DNA of 62,939 nucleotides, counting the filler. It is 18 parts of 18 records of this genome, joined end to end, with 100 filler letters (N's around TTAATTAATTAA, not from the genome) between each part and the next. Parts side by side here need not be neighbours in the genome. Positions count along the whole stretch, not along the records: positions 9,610 to 12,097 come from SRR11831580_501; positions 12,198 to 14,361 come from SRR11831580_503; positions 14,462 to 18,933 come from SRR11831580_513; positions 19,034 to 21,172 come from SRR11831580_521; positions 21,273 to 23,760 come from SRR11831580_529; 13 more parts are not named here. One strand, given 5' to 3'. Under the pieces are notes generated by a model that worked only from the letters and a program-made list of their open reading frames with translations, was not told the origin of the DNA and ran no database searches. The stretch's first letter is position 1. The number at the start of each line of letters is the position of its first letter. Positions 10,927-22,685 of the stretch are shown one piece after another. The translations under genes were made by a program, and so were the position numbers.

Positions 10927-11883
10927 TCACTCCTCCGGCACAAACATTTTCAGCACGGTGTGCATAAACCCGAGTGATTCTTGGCGTGCGAACGTGATGC
11001 TGCTGCCTGCTTGCAAGAACTCAGGCACCACAGCAGCGGGCAGTCCCACATGCAGCGTGGTGTAGTCATAGTCGCCTTCGAGCGTCTCGGACAGGGCAAA
11101 CTTGAAAACTGCGCAGAATACCGTGGAGGCAGTGTGAGAAAGCAGTAGAGAAAGAACATGAAGCGGGGAATATTGCTGTTTGGTGTGGCAAGATGCACGA
11201 GACACCAGTTCATCAAAGAATATGATAGAACCACACACACAAGTCGATTATGTCAGCAACCAAGCAGAAAGATTATACACAATACACCAATGCCGCACAT
11301 ACCCTTCTCTTTATCTGCAGAGGCACATGTAATGTGTGTGCTTCCCAGCGGGCCCGGTGCCACGGTCATGCCCGTAAGGTCGCGGAACAGGTTCACTAGG
11401 AGTACATGTCAGTACGGAAACACACGAGAGCGTTGTGTGGTGACAGTGCGAAGGGTGAAATAGACTTCCACGCAAACATGAACTGCGTATATAGAGTTGG
11501 TAAGAGGTTGGTCGGTGTGTATGGGTCTGTATGCATATGCTCTGTTGGTATAGAGTGGCTAGTGCAATTGTGGTTCAGCGAAACAGAACGCAACACTTTG
11601 TTTGCCACTGAATACAATGATGTACAGCGAACCTTAACAAATATCAATGAAATACATCGAAGAATGGACGGCTGTACCGCGTACATGTGTTACGTTTGAT
11701 GAAAGCAAAGAACCATACTCAATCCCATTCACATCACCCACGTACATTTGTTCTCTGCCTCCAACAGGCTGTTTTTGAGGACGGACAGCTCACGGACAGC
11801 TGTCTGGGCCGATGCACTGTTGTCCAACTGCTTCTTGAGGCGCGCGTTTTCTGTGCGCAGATGTTCCACCACCTTACTTTGCG
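10927..11883 (-). CDS. Coiled-coil plus RWD-like protein resembling monopolin Csm1/Pcs1, 5' incomplete
   Basis: Exons 11883-11746, 11395-11303, 11108-10927 splice in phase 1 to QSKVVEHLRTENARLKKQL...ENKLNLFRDLTGM...VFKFAL...Y...PEFL...ITF; a further exon (TTEAE) is likely near 12065-12097. Confidence 0.55.
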
Positions 11884-12197
11884 CTGCGAGCAGCAGTGGA
11901 AAGCGACCGTTAGCATCAAGGCCATAGATATAAGAAGCCGGACACCAAATCATAGAGGTAGCGCGACGCAAGACGCGCGCATGACAGAGACACGAAACAC
12001 CTAAATCCCAAGACAAACGAACGCATAGTTTGATCTGTTCTGTCTTTCAGTTGGATCGTCATACCTGTCTCTGCCTCCGTTGTGTGCTTCGCCGCATNNN
12101 NNNNNNNNNNNNNNNNNNNNNNNNNNNNNNNNNNNNNNNNNTTAATTAATTAANNNNNNNNNNNNNNNNNNNNNNNNNNNNNNNNNNNNNNNNNNNN

Positions 12198-12223
12198 GAT
12201 AAGGCGTTTACGCCGCATCCGCC
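12198..12223. repeat. REP (PU) element, partial
   Basis: GATAAGGCGTTTACGCCGCATCCG matches the E. coli REP consensus. Confidence 0.8.
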
Positions 12224-12254
12224 AATAAATAACAACTAACAGGGAGTAAAGGCG

Positions 12255-13481
12255 ATGGGAATTAACGAAATCATCATGTACATCATGATGTTCTTTATGC
12301 TGATAGCTGCCGTAGACAGGATCCTGTCGCAGTTCGGCGGTTCTGCTCGTTTCCTCGGTAAGTTCGGTAAAAGTATCGAAGGATCAGGCGGTCAGTTCGA
12401 AGAAGGCTTTATGGCAATGGGCGCACTGGGCCTGGCGATGGTCGGTATGACCGCGCTGGCACCGGTACTGGCTCACGTTCTCGGGCCGGTAATTATTCCG
12501 GTTTACGAAATGCTCGGCGCTAACCCATCGATGTTCGCCGGAACACTGCTGGCGTGCGATATGGGCGGCTTCTTCCTCGCCAAAGAGCTGGCGGGCGGCG
12601 ACGTAGCCGCGTGGCTATACTCTGGGTTAATTCTCGGGTCGATGATGGGGCCAACGATTGTGTTTTCCATTCCGGTGGCGCTCGGCATTATCGAACCTTC
12701 TGACCGTCGTTATCTGGCGCTCGGCGTGCTGGCGGGCATTGTGACCATTCCGATTGGTTGTATCGCTGGTGGTCTGGTTGCTATGTACTCCGGTGTGCAG
12801 ATCAACGGCCAGCCGGTGGAATTCACTTTCGCCCTGATCCTGATGAACATGATCCCGGTGATCATTGTTGCGATTCTGGTGGCGCTGGGGCTGAAATTCA
12901 TCCCGGAAAAAATGATCAACGGCTTCCAGATCTTCGCCAAATTCCTCGTTGCATTGATCACCCTCGGTCTTGCCGCTGCGGTAGTGAAATTCCTGCTTGG
13001 CTGGGAACTGATCCCCGGTCTGGATCCTATCTTTATGGCCCCTGGCGATAAACCCGGTGAGGTGATGCGCGCCATTGAAGTTATCGGTTCTATCTCCTGC
13101 GTTCTGTTAGGGGCGTATCCGATGGTGCTGCTGCTGACTCGCTGGTTTGAAAAACCGCTGATGAGCGTCGGTAAAGTACTGAATATGAACAACATCGCGG
13201 CAGCCGGCATGGTGGCAACGCTTGCCAACAACATCCCGATGTTCGGCATGATGAAGCAGATGGATACCCGCGGCAAAGTCATCAACTGCGCCTTCGCCGT
13301 TTCCGCTGCTTTCGCCCTGGGCGACCACTTAGGCTTCGCCGCTGCCAACATGAACGCCATGATCTTCCCGATGATTGTCGGCAAGTTGATCGGCGGCGTA
13401 ACGGCGATTGGCGTGGCGATGATGCTGGTGCCAAAAGAAGACGCGACCGCGACTAAAACCGAAGCGGAGGCACAATCGTGA
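12255..13481 (+). CDS. eutH: Ethanolamine permease EutH
   Basis: 408-aa hydrophobic protein MGINEIIMYIMM; upstream of eutA. Confidence 0.97.
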   Translation: MGINEIIMYIMMFFMLIAAVDRILSQFGGSARFLGKFGKSIEGSGGQFEEGFMAMGALGLAMVGMTALAPVLAHVLGPVIIPVYEMLGANPSMFAGTLLACDMGGFFLAKELAGGDVAAWLYSGLILGSMMGPTIVFSIPVALGIIEPSDRRYLALGVLAGIVTIPIGCIAGGLVAMYSGVQINGQPVEFTFALILMNMIPVIIVAILVALGLKFIPEKMINGFQIFAKFLVALITLGLAAAVVKFLLGWELIPGLDPIFMAPGDKPGEVMRAIEVIGSISCVLLGAYPMVLLLTRWFEKPLMSVGKVLNMNNIAAAGMVATLANNIPMFGMMKQMDTRGKVINCAFAVSAAFALGDHLGFAAANMNAMIFPMIVGKLIGGVTAIGVAMMLVPKEDATATKTEAEAQS

Positions 13482-14361
13482 ACACTCGCCAGCTATTGAG
13501 CGTCGGTATCGATATCGGCACCACCACCACCCAGGTGATTTTCTCCCGGCTGGAGCTGGTTAACCGTGCGGCGGTGTCGCAGGTGCCGCGCTACGAATTC
13601 ATTAAACGCGAAATTAGCTGGCAAAGTCCGGTGTTCTTTACCCCTGTCGATAAACAGGGCGGTTTAAAAGAAGCGGAACTGAAAACCTTAATACTCGAGC
13701 AATATCATGCTGCGGGTATTGAGCCGGAAAGCGTTGATTCTGGTGCCATCATCATCACCGGTGAAAGCGCGAAAACCCGCAATGCTCGCCCGGCGGTGAT
13801 GGCGCTCTCTCAGTCGCTGGGCGATTTTGTCGTTGCCAGCGCCGGGCCGCACCTCGAATCCGTGATCGCCGGTCACGGAGCCGGGGCACAAACCCTTTCT
13901 GAACAACGGCTGTGTCGGGTACTGAATATCGACATCGGCGGTGGCACCGCGAACTACGCCCTGTTCGATGCCGGAAAAATCAGCGGCACTGCCTGCCTCA
14001 ACGTCGGTGGTCGCCTGCTGGAAACCGACAGCCACGGGCGCGTGGTTTACGCTCATAAACCGGGGCAGATGATTGTGGATGAGTGCTTCGGTGCAGGCAC
14101 CGACGCCCGTTCGCTGACCGGCGCGCAGCTGGTGCAGGTGACCCGGCGGATGGCAGAACTGATTGTCGAAGTGATTGACGGAACGCTCTCACCGCTCGCG
14201 CAGGCATTGATGCAAACCGGTTTGCTGCCCGCAGGTGTTACGCCCGAAATCATTACGCTTTCTGGCGGCGTGGGCGAATGTTATCGCCACCAGCCCGCCG
14301 ACCCGTTCTGTTTTGCCGATATTGGCCCGCTGCTGGCAACTGCGCTGCATGACCATCCGCG
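13478..14361 (+). CDS. eutA: Ethanolamine ammonia-lyase reactivase EutA (3' truncated)
   Basis: SVGIDIGTTTTQ and NIDIGGGT actin-like ATPase motifs. Confidence 0.96.
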
Positions 14362-14461
14362 NNNNNNNNNNNNNNNNNNNNNNNNNNNNNNNNNNNNNNN
14401 NNNNNTTAATTAATTAANNNNNNNNNNNNNNNNNNNNNNNNNNNNNNNNNNNNNNNNNNNN

Positions 14462-14484
14462 GAGAGTAGGGAACTGCCAGGCAT
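14462..14484 (+). rRNA. rrfE: 3' end of 5S rRNA (rrnE operon by context)
   Basis: GAGAGTAGGGAACTGCCAGGCAT is the 5S 3' terminus; followed by yjaA. Confidence 0.9.
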
Positions 14485-14491
14485 CAAATTA

Positions 14492-14524
14492 GAAAAACCC
14501 CGGTCCATAAGGCCGGGGTTTTTT
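14492..14524 (+). terminator. rrn operon terminator
   Basis: AAAAACCCCGG-TCCATAAGG-CCGGGGTTTTTT. Confidence 0.8.
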
Positions 14525-14558
14525 GCATATCAATTATTTGCATGATGAAGGGAATCTC

Positions 14559-14941
14559 ATGTCAGTTCTGTATATCCAAATTCGTCGTAATCAAATTACT
14601 GTTCGCGATCTTGAAAGCAAACGTGAAGTGTCAGGAGACGCTGCCTTCAGTAACCAGCGCCTGTTAATCGCCAATTTCTTTGTTGCAGAAAAAGTTCTGC
14701 AAGATCTTGTTCTGCAACTCCACCCACGTTCAACCTGGCATTCTTTTTGCCAGCAAAACGTATGGATATTGTTGTGAGCGCACTGGAAATGAATGAGGGC
14801 GGTTTGTCACAGGTTGAGGAACGCATTCTCCATGAAGTGGTCGCTGGGGCAACGTTAATGAAATATCGCCAGTTCCACATCCATGCGCAATCAGCGGTAC
14901 TCAGTGATAGTGCGGTCATGGCAATGCTTAAGCAGAAATAA
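14559..14941 (+). CDS. yjaA: Stress response protein YjaA; split by a probable homopolymer error
   Basis: MSVLYIQIRRN; the two ORFs join if T5 at 14744-14748 is T6. Confidence 0.88.
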
Positions 14942-15003
14942 TCGTGTCACCATTGGTGGGTACTAAACCTGAAGTTCAGCCCACCGGGATGAGAAAAAAT
15001 CGC

Positions 15004-15447
15004 CTACGCCCCCACATACGCCAGATTCAGCAACGGATACGGTTTCCCCAAATCGTCCACCTCAGAGCGTCCCGTAACCTTAAAACCCACCTTCTTATAG
15101 AACCCAACCGCCTGCTCATTTTGCTCATTAACGTTGGTTGTCAGTTCCGGTGCCATCGAGAGCGCATGCTCCACCAGCACCCGACCTACGCCGCAGCCGC
15201 GCACATCAGGATCGATAAACAGCGCATCCATATGCTGCCCACTTAGCAACATAAATCCAACCGGCTGATCCCGCTCATTAACCGCGACCCACAACGGCGC
15301 TTCCGGCAGGAAGGAACGAACTAGGTCCTCCAGCTCGGTCCGATACTCTGCTGATAGAAAATCGTGAGTGGCATCGACAGAACGACACCAAATCGCAACG
15401 AGTTCCTCCCCTTCCTCATGCCGTGAGCGGCGAATACTAATAACCAT
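15004..15447 (-). CDS. yjaB: GNAT acetyltransferase YjaB
   Basis: RGCGVG motif A; 147 aa. Confidence 0.95.
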   Translation of the reverse strand: MVISIRRSRHEEGEELVAIWCRSVDATHDFLSAEYRTELEDLVRSFLPEAPLWVAVNERDQPVGFMLLSGQHMDALFIDPDVRGCGVGRVLVEHALSMAPELTTNVNEQNEQAVGFYKKVGFKVTGRSEVDDLGKPYPLLNLAYVGA

Positions 15448-15552
15448 TTTCTCTCCTTTTAGTCATTCTTATATTCTAACGTAGTCTTTTCCTTGAAACT
15501 TTCTCACCTTCAACATGCAGGCTCGACATTGGCAAATTTTCTGGTTATCTTC

Positions 15553-15584
15553 AGCTATCTGGATGTCTAAACGTATAAGCGTAT
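15553..15584 (+). promoter_or_regulatory. Four tandem MetJ (Met) boxes
   Basis: AGCTATCT GGATGTCT AAACGTAT AAGCGTAT, 8-mers resembling AGACGTCT, upstream of metA. Confidence 0.8.
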
Positions 15585-15603
15585 GTAGTGAGGTAATCAG
15601 GTT

Positions 15604-16533
15604 ATGCCGATTCGTGTGCCGGACGAGCTACCCGCCGTCAATTTCTTGCGTGAAGAAAACGTCTTTGTGATGACAACTTCTCGTGCGTCTGGTCAGGAAA
15701 TTCGTCCACTTAAGGTTCTGATCCTTAACCTGATGCCGAAGAAGATTGAAACTGAAAATCAGTTTCTGCGCCTGCTTTCAAACTCACCTTTGCAGGTCGA
15801 TATTCAGCTGTTGCGCATCGATTCCCGTGAATCGCGCAACACGCCCGCAGAGCATCTGAACAACTTCTACTGTAACTTTGAAGATATTCAGGATCAGAAC
15901 TTTGACGGTTTGATTGTAACTGGTGCGCCGCTGGGCCTGGTGGAGTTTAATGATGTCGCTTACTGGCCGCAGATCAAACAGGTGCTGGAGTGGTCGAAAG
16001 ATCACGTCACCTCGACGCTGTTTGTCTGCTGGGCGGTACAGGCCGCGCTCAATATCCTCTACGGCATTCCTAAGCAAACTCGCACCGAAAAACTCTCTGG
16101 CGTTTACGAGCATCATATTCTCCATCCTCATGCGCTTCTGACGCGTGGCTTTGATGATTCATTCCTGGCACCGCATTCGCGCTATGCTGACTTTCCGGCA
16201 GCGTTGATTCGTGATTACACCGATCTGGAAATTCTGGCAGAGACGGAAGAAGGGGATGCATATCTGTTTGCCAGTAAAGATAAGCGCATTGCCTTTGTGA
16301 CGGGCCATCCCGAATATGATGCGCAAACGCTGGCGCAGGAATTTTTCCGCGATGTGGAAGCCGGACTAGACCCGGATGTACCGTATAACTATTTCCCGCA
16401 CAATGATCCGCAAAATACACCGCGAGCGAGCTGGCGTAGTCACGGTAATTTACTGTTTACCAACTGGCTCAACTATTACGTCTACCAGATCACGCCATAC
16501 GATCTACGGCACATGAATCCAACGCTGGATTAA
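15604..16533 (+). CDS. metA: Homoserine O-succinyltransferase
   Basis: [14 protein letters not shown] catalytic Cys; GHPEY. Confidence 0.99.
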
Positions 16534-16577
16534 TCTTCTGTGATAGTCGATCGTTAAGCGATTCAGCACCTTACCTC

Positions 16578-16601
16578 AGGCACCTTCGGGTGCCTTTTTT
16601 A
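16578..16601 (+). terminator. metA terminator
   Basis: AGGCACC-TTCG-GGTGCCT-TTTTT. Confidence 0.85.
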
Positions 16602-16676
16602 TTTCCGAAACGTACCTCAGCAGGTGAATAAATTTTATTCATATTGTTATCAACAAGTTATCAAGTATTTTTAATT

Positions 16677-16707
16677 AAAATGGAAATTGTTTTTGATTTT
16701 GCATTTT
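16677..16707 (+). promoter_or_regulatory. IclR operator / aceBAK promoter region
   Basis: AAAATGGAAATTGTTTTTGATTTTGCATTTT imperfect palindrome upstream of aceB. Confidence 0.65.
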
Positions 16708-16801
16708 AAATGAGTAGTCTTAGTTGTGCTGAACGAAAAGAGCACAACGATCCTTCGTTCACAGTGGGGAAGTTTTCGGATCCATGACGAGGAGCTGCAC
16801 G

Positions 16802-18403
16802 ATGACTGAACAGGCAACAACAACCGATGAACTGGCTTTCACAAGGCCGTATGGCGAGCAGGAGAAGCAAATTCTTACTGCCGAAGCGGTAGAATTTCTG
16901 ACTGAGCTGGTGACGCATTTTACGCCACAACGCAATAAACTTCTGGCAGCGCGCATTCAGCAGCAGCAAGATATTGATAACGGAACGTTGCCTGATTTTA
17001 TTTCGGAAACAGCTTCCATTCGCGATGCTGATTGGAAAATTCGCGGGATTCCTGCGGACTTAGAAGACCGCCGCGTAGAGATAACTGGCCCGGTAGAGCG
17101 CAAGATGGTGATCAACGCGCTCAACGCCAATGTGAAAGTCTTTATGGCCGATTTCGAAGATTCACTGGCACCAGACTGGAACAAAGTGATCGACGGGCAA
17201 ATTAACCTGCGTGATGCGGTTAACGGCACCATCAGTTACACCAATGAAGCAGGCAAAATTTACCAGCTCAAGCCCAATCCAGCGGTTTTGATTTGTCGGG
17301 TACGCGGTCTGCACTTGCCGGAAAAACATGTCACCTGGCGTGGTGAGGCAATCCCCGGCAGCCTGTTTGATTTTGCGCTCTATTTCTTCCACAACTATCA
17401 GGCACTGTTGGCAAAGGGCAGTGGTCCCTATTTCTATCTGCCGAAAACCCAGTCCTGGCAGGAAGCGGCCTGGTGGAGCGAAGTCTTCAGCTATGCAGAA
17501 GATCGCTTTAATCTGCCGCGCGGCACCATCAAGGCGACGTTGCTGATTGAAACGCTGCCCGCCGTGTTCCAGATGGATGAAATCCTTCACGCGCTGCGTG
17601 ACCATATTGTTGGTCTGAACTGCGGTCGTTGGGATTACATCTTCAGCTATATCAAAACGTTGAAAAACTATCCCGATCGCGTCCTGCCAGACAGACAGGC
17701 AGTGACGATGGATAAACCATTCCTGAATGCTTACTCACGCCTGTTGATTAAAACCTGCCATAAACGCGGTGCTTTTGCGATGGGCGGCATGGCGGCGTTT
17801 ATTCCGAGCAAAGATGAAGAGCACAATAACCAGGTGCTCAACAAAGTAAAAGCGGATAAATCGCTGGAAGCCAATAACGGTCACGATGGCACATGGATCG
17901 CTCACCCAGGCCTTGCGGACACGGCAATGGCGGTATTCAACGACATTCTCGGCTCCCGTAAAAATCAGCTTGAAGTGATGCGCGAACAAGACGCGCCGAT
18001 TACTGCCGATCAGCTGCTGGCACCTTGTGATGGTGAACGCACCGAAGAAGGTATGCGCGCCAACATTCGCGTGGCTGTGCAGTACATCGAAGCGTGGATC
18101 TCTGGCAACGGCTGTGTGCCGATTTATGGCCTGATGGAAGATGCGGCGACGGCTGAAATTTCCCGTACCTCGATCTGGCAGTGGATCCATCATCAAAAAA
18201 CGTTGAGCAATGGCAAACCGGTGACCAAAGCCTTGTTCCGCCAGATGCTGGGCGAAGAGATGAAAGTCATTGCCAGCGAACTGGGCGAAGAACGTTTCTC
18301 CCAGGGGCGTTTTGACGATGCCGCACGCTTGATGGAACAGATCACCACTTCCGATGAGTTAATTGATTTCCTGACCCTGCCAGGCTACCGCCTGTTAGCG
18401 TAA
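16802..18403 (+). CDS. aceB: Malate synthase A
   Basis: [20 protein letters not shown]; 533 aa. Confidence 0.99.
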   Translation: MTEQATTTDELAFTRPYGEQEKQILTAEAVEFLTELVTHFTPQRNKLLAARIQQQQDIDNGTLPDFISETASIRDADWKIRGIPADLEDRRVEITGPVERKMVINALNANVKVFMADFEDSLAPDWNKVIDGQINLRDAVNGTISYTNEAGKIYQLKPNPAVLICRVRGLHLPEKHVTWRGEAIPGSLFDFALYFFHNYQALLAKGSGPYFYLPKTQSWQEAAWWSEVFSYAEDRFNLPRGTIKATLLIETLPAVFQMDEILHALRDHIVGLNCGRWDYIFSYIKTLKNYPDRVLPDRQAVTMDKPFLNAYSRLLIKTCHKRGAFAMGGMAAFIPSKDEEHNNQVLNKVKADKSLEANNGHDGTWIAHPGLADTAMAVFNDILGSRKNQLEVMREQDAPITADQLLAPCDGERTEEGMRANIRVAVQYIEAWISGNGCVPIYGLMEDAATAEISRTSIWQWIHHQKTLSNGKPVTKALFRQMLGEEMKVIASELGEERFSQGRFDDAARLMEQITTSDELIDFLTLPGYRLLA

Positions 18404-18432
18404 ACCACCACATAACTATGGAGCATCTGCAC

Positions 18433-18933
18433 ATGAAAACCCGTACACAACAAATTGAAGAATTACAGAAAGAGTGGACTCAACCGCGTTGGGAAGGCAT
18501 TACTCGCCCATACAGTGCGGAAGATGTGGTGAAATTACGCGGTTCAGTCAATCCTGAATGCACGCTGGCGCAACTGGGCGCAGCGAAAATGTGGCGTCTG
18601 CTGCACGGTGAGTCGAAAAAAGGCTACATCAACAGCCTCGGCGCACTGACTGGCGGTCAGGCGCTGCAACAGGCGAAAGCGGGTATTGAAGCAGTCTATC
18701 TGTCGGGATGGCAGGTAGCGGCGGACGCTAACCTGGCGGCCAGCATGTATCCGGATCAGTCGCTCTATCCGGCAAACTCGGTGCCAGCTGTGGTGGAGCG
18801 GATCAACAACACCTTCCGTCGTGCCGATCAGATCCAATGGTCCGCGGGCATTGAGCCGGGCGATCCGCGCTATGTCGATTACTTCCTGCCGATCGTTGCC
18901 GATGCGGAAGCCGGTTTTGGCGGTGTCCTGAAT
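18433..18933 (+). CDS. aceA: Isocitrate lyase (3' truncated)
   Basis: [21 protein letters not shown]. Confidence 0.98.
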
Positions 18934-19033
18934 NNNNNNNNNNNNNNNNNNNNNNNNNNNNNNNNNNNNNNNNNNNNTTAATTAATTAANNNNNNNNNNN
19001 NNNNNNNNNNNNNNNNNNNNNNNNNNNNNNNNN

Positions 19034-21090
19034 GGGGACGGACTACCCCACATATCACTGCCGCTGCTGGGACCCGCGTCATAGAGGGGGGTCATCGGTG
19101 TACTCGTCTGTGAAAGCAAAACGAATGAGAGGGTGAGTGCGTGAGAGAGAGTGTTTGCACTTATGCACGGGTGACAGGTAAACACATACGCGCACATACT
19201 AACAGTGAGGGAACTCGAATACACTACACCATGAACGATGACAGATGAGCCAACCCACACAGACACGCACACCGCGCATGCCACCATACATACACACACG
19301 ACACACACATAACGCATACAACAGAACACAGACACTGAACACGTACGGAGCGAGGCGTAGGTGTGTGCAGTCCAGGCGGAACTGACCTTGCACGGGACAC
19401 TGAGGTGTCTGGACGCGCCACAGATCTCGATCGAACACGAGATTGGGACCGGCCACGCTGTGTGGTCTGCCCGGAGCGCCCACTAGTGAGAGAGAAGAGA
19501 AGGTGTGAGAGGCGCCCTGGAACGAAATAACACGCAGATAACGAAACCATCGCGAAACTGAACACAAACAGACGAGGGATCAAAATATACCACTTAGCGC
19601 GATACACATACCAAATACACAACACATACACGCACACACACAGATGCCGCAACTACACTCACACATACCCTAGCCGGCGCTGCAGCTCTGCGATCTTCTG
19701 CGCGGCCGCACGCTCCTTGTTCACCAACTCGTCAACTTGCCGGCGTAACTCGTCACTCTCCGAAGAGACGGCTGCTGACCGTGCAATCTCGACCTGCAGT
19801 GCATATTTTGCACGTCGCAGTTGCACACTCAGATCGGAGTGATCTGTGATGGCTGAGTCCAGTTCTGAGACTTGAAATGAGCCTACCCTCGTGGAGGACC
19901 CCTCTGCTCCCGCTATGAAACACGAATGAGATGAATGAATACACACAGAGAACAGTTGAACGAACACACAGATATGACTCGCAGAACAAGAGCACACACA
20001 CATAACGCACCATCAGCGGTATCGGCATAATCATACTCATCATCCACTCCCAGCTGTGCCAAATCAATAGATGACGTCCCTCCGCGCGCTACATACACCC
20101 AGCAACTGATAAGAAACAATACCAGCCACAAAACACAACGCACTCAGATACCAAACGCGTACATGCAACACATACACCATGAAGAGAAACGATCCACCCA
20201 CAAGTAAGTGTTTTTTGGACCCCATGTTGACTCACGTTGCTCCTCTTCGCTTTTCATCTACATACCCATTACACGCAGTGCGGCCCGCAGTCTTCGAATC
20301 TCAGCCATAGGATCTTCAAACACATTCCGTTGTACGCGCAGAATTTTCTTATATTTAGACATGGAGACCGTACGCTGAGAAAACAAACACGAACAGCGAG
20401 TGAGAAACAGCAGACGAAGCCAACAAGGTGTGACATACGTGGGTGAAAGACGCTGAACCCGGTCAGAACAGAAGCACTCGAAGCAGTGCAAACACAGACG
20501 GAGTTACACACAGACGTATCCAACAACAGAATCACCACAAACCGACAATAGCATCAAAAGACAAAAAGCAAACAGAAAGTACATACGTCAAGTGTGCTCA
20601 TAGTCTCACTGAGGTGGGTCTTCAGAGAGGACACCGTCGCAATCATAGTCAGCGTGCCGCTGGTGAACGCATCCTACACAAACACAGATTAACAAACACA
20701 GACACACATACACACAGCACGCAAGTAAACCTGCGACTGCACAGGCGCACGGACATACGTGCAAGACAAAAAGGAGATCCCGTGGGAATTCGAAGATAAA
20801 CCACACTGCTATGTGAGTGCCACATGTGAATAGTACCAAACGAAACACAGCAGCGACACAGAATCACACTGAACCATGTATAGTCACAGAAGACACAGGA
20901 CGGGGAGAGAGAAAAACCCACCAAAAAAGCAGATACAGGAACCACAAGCACGCAAACAATACCTGCAAGTATCGTGTCAGGTTGGACTCACGGTACGGAA
21001 TATACGGTTCTTTCTCCGCCAGACCCTTGATAACTTTCCCCAGCGTTAACAGGGACAGATTGATATGTGATGCCTCCTGCAGCATGCCGC
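19034..21090 (-). CDS. Intron-containing kinesin (motor C-terminal part plus coiled-coil stalk), truncated at both ends
   Basis: Exon 21090-20963 reads [16 protein letters not shown]...[13 protein letters not shown]; exon 20673-20587 reads [15 protein letters not shown]...ETMSTLD; downstream coiled-coil exon ~19670-19912. Downstream exon boundaries are not fully resolved. Confidence 0.8.
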
Positions 21091-21144
21091 CTACAGCAAA
21101 ACATTCATCAGTGAGCCGCTGTACACAGCAAACACCCAGGGAAC

Positions 21145-21172
21145 GCACACACGCACACACACACACACACAC
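21145..21172 (+). repeat. (CA)n microsatellite at contig end
   Basis: Direct observation. Confidence 0.9.
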
Positions 21173-21272
21173 NNNNNNNNNNNNNNNNNNNNNNNNNNNN
21201 NNNNNNNNNNNNNNNNTTAATTAATTAANNNNNNNNNNNNNNNNNNNNNNNNNNNNNNNNNNNNNNNNNNNN

Positions 21273-21299
21273 GTGTGTGTGTGTGTGTGTGTGTGTGTG
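21273..21299 (+). repeat. (GT)n microsatellite at contig start
   Basis: Direct observation. Confidence 0.9.
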
Positions 21300-21622
21300 C
21301 TACTACTTCAGGGCGTATGCAAAGAATGGGTGAGCGTTTGGTGGCAGTAAAATGATGGATGTGGGGTATCTATCGGTTCTCTCTCTTTTGCTTCGGGTGA
21401 CCTTCATACAAATCCCACAATTTGTGAATGAACGTTACAGCAGCCCCTTCCAGTTCGCTGTAGATGTGCATCGACGTCTGCGGACGCGAAACCGTTCTGG
21501 AACGCAGACCTCACACGCGCTCCTCATCAAGTCTCTGAAGCCCGAAGCACAGCAACGTATCGCAAACCCGCATTAGTGTTCCCACGCCCACACACCACGT
21601 GCGCCATCCACCTGCGCGTCCT

Positions 21623-22495
21623 TCACACGCGCACCAGTTGCAGCGCGCGCACATACTGCATCACCAGCGTCCGGTGCGAGGCCCAAACCATCTCCTCCGC
21701 AGAACCACTTGCAGGCACAGCACCACTCACACTAAACGCAGACAAGAGCCGCTGCAATCCGCCGCTATCGAATACGGTACCGGGCCATATCTCCTCCAGC
21801 AGCTCGGAGACCAGGGGCTCCACGCGACGATGGCTGGTGCAGGGCATGTATTCCACCTACACGAGCGTATCACGATGAGGAATTATATATACAATACACC
21901 ATGCGGGTCCATATCTTCAGAGCAGGAGCACCAGGATGAACACCGCAGCAGAGTGACACAGAGCACATGGACTACAAGAGCGGCTTGAAACCACATGCAG
22001 ACGTACCTCTAGTAGACAGTCTCGATATTGCGTTCCCGCTGTGAACAACACACCCTCACGAATCACAAAGTCGCCCAGACGGAACACGCTGCCTTCAATA
22101 GACCAATTCGTCCGCAGCTCGAAACAGTTAGTTCCAGTCAGCATCGCTTTTGCTTCTTTGCCTGCATCCGTTACAACACAACCGGACCAAATAAACGCTC
22201 TCGATGGCTGATCGGAATCATCAAAGAAGACGAGGTCACGCGATTCTATCAGTAAACGTCAGAAAGGACACAAAACTATCATTCAATCACACCTTGCTTT
22301 CCCTTGTTTTTGTAAAGGAAAATCTTAGCGTTCCACTTTCTGACCTCGAGCCCATTCAGAGTGCGGATTCGGGCTTTTAGCAAATCCTCAGTTCGGCGAA
22401 GGTCCGCCCCAGCAACCGGTCGGATGGAAGCGAGGCTACAATCACCATGAGCAAAATTACCTGAAAATGATGCAATTGTACTATTTGAATCCCAT
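21623..22495 (-). CDS. Mediator subunit Med20-like protein, 4 exons
   Basis: Exons 22495-22482, 22435-22293, 22245-22007, 21856-21623 splice in frame; IEGSVFRLGDFVIREG...LLEVEYMP matches the Med20 pattern G..Y..GDF.IR.G...EVEY.P. Confidence 0.75.
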
Positions 22496-22685
22496 GTCTA
22501 GTGTGCTATAACGTCGACTCCACCATAACAACAACACCGGGGTCACGTGTTGATGTTGAGCCAACTTTGTTTGTGCAAAATGATGAAGTGAAGCTGTGAT
22601 GACGTCATCAATGTACTGAAAACAGGAAATCGTGATATACATTATGTGTATGTCTGATACTCTGATAGACCAATGATATGTACAT

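Noticed and set aside
7316-12097. Eukaryote-to-E. coli horizontal transfer, or group I/II introns in a phage RNR
   Set aside because: No contiguous junction with bacterial DNA exists. The introns are 48-116 nt GT-AG spliceosomal type, far too small for self-splicing introns.
8006-14361. B12 gene cluster (class II RNR near the eut genes)
   Set aside because: Different organisms on different contigs; the proximity is accidental.
19034-21300. Cys/Val- or His/Thr-rich ORFs (CVCVC, HTHT) as metal-binding peptides
   Set aside because: They are translations of intronic (GT)n/(CA)n low-complexity sequence.
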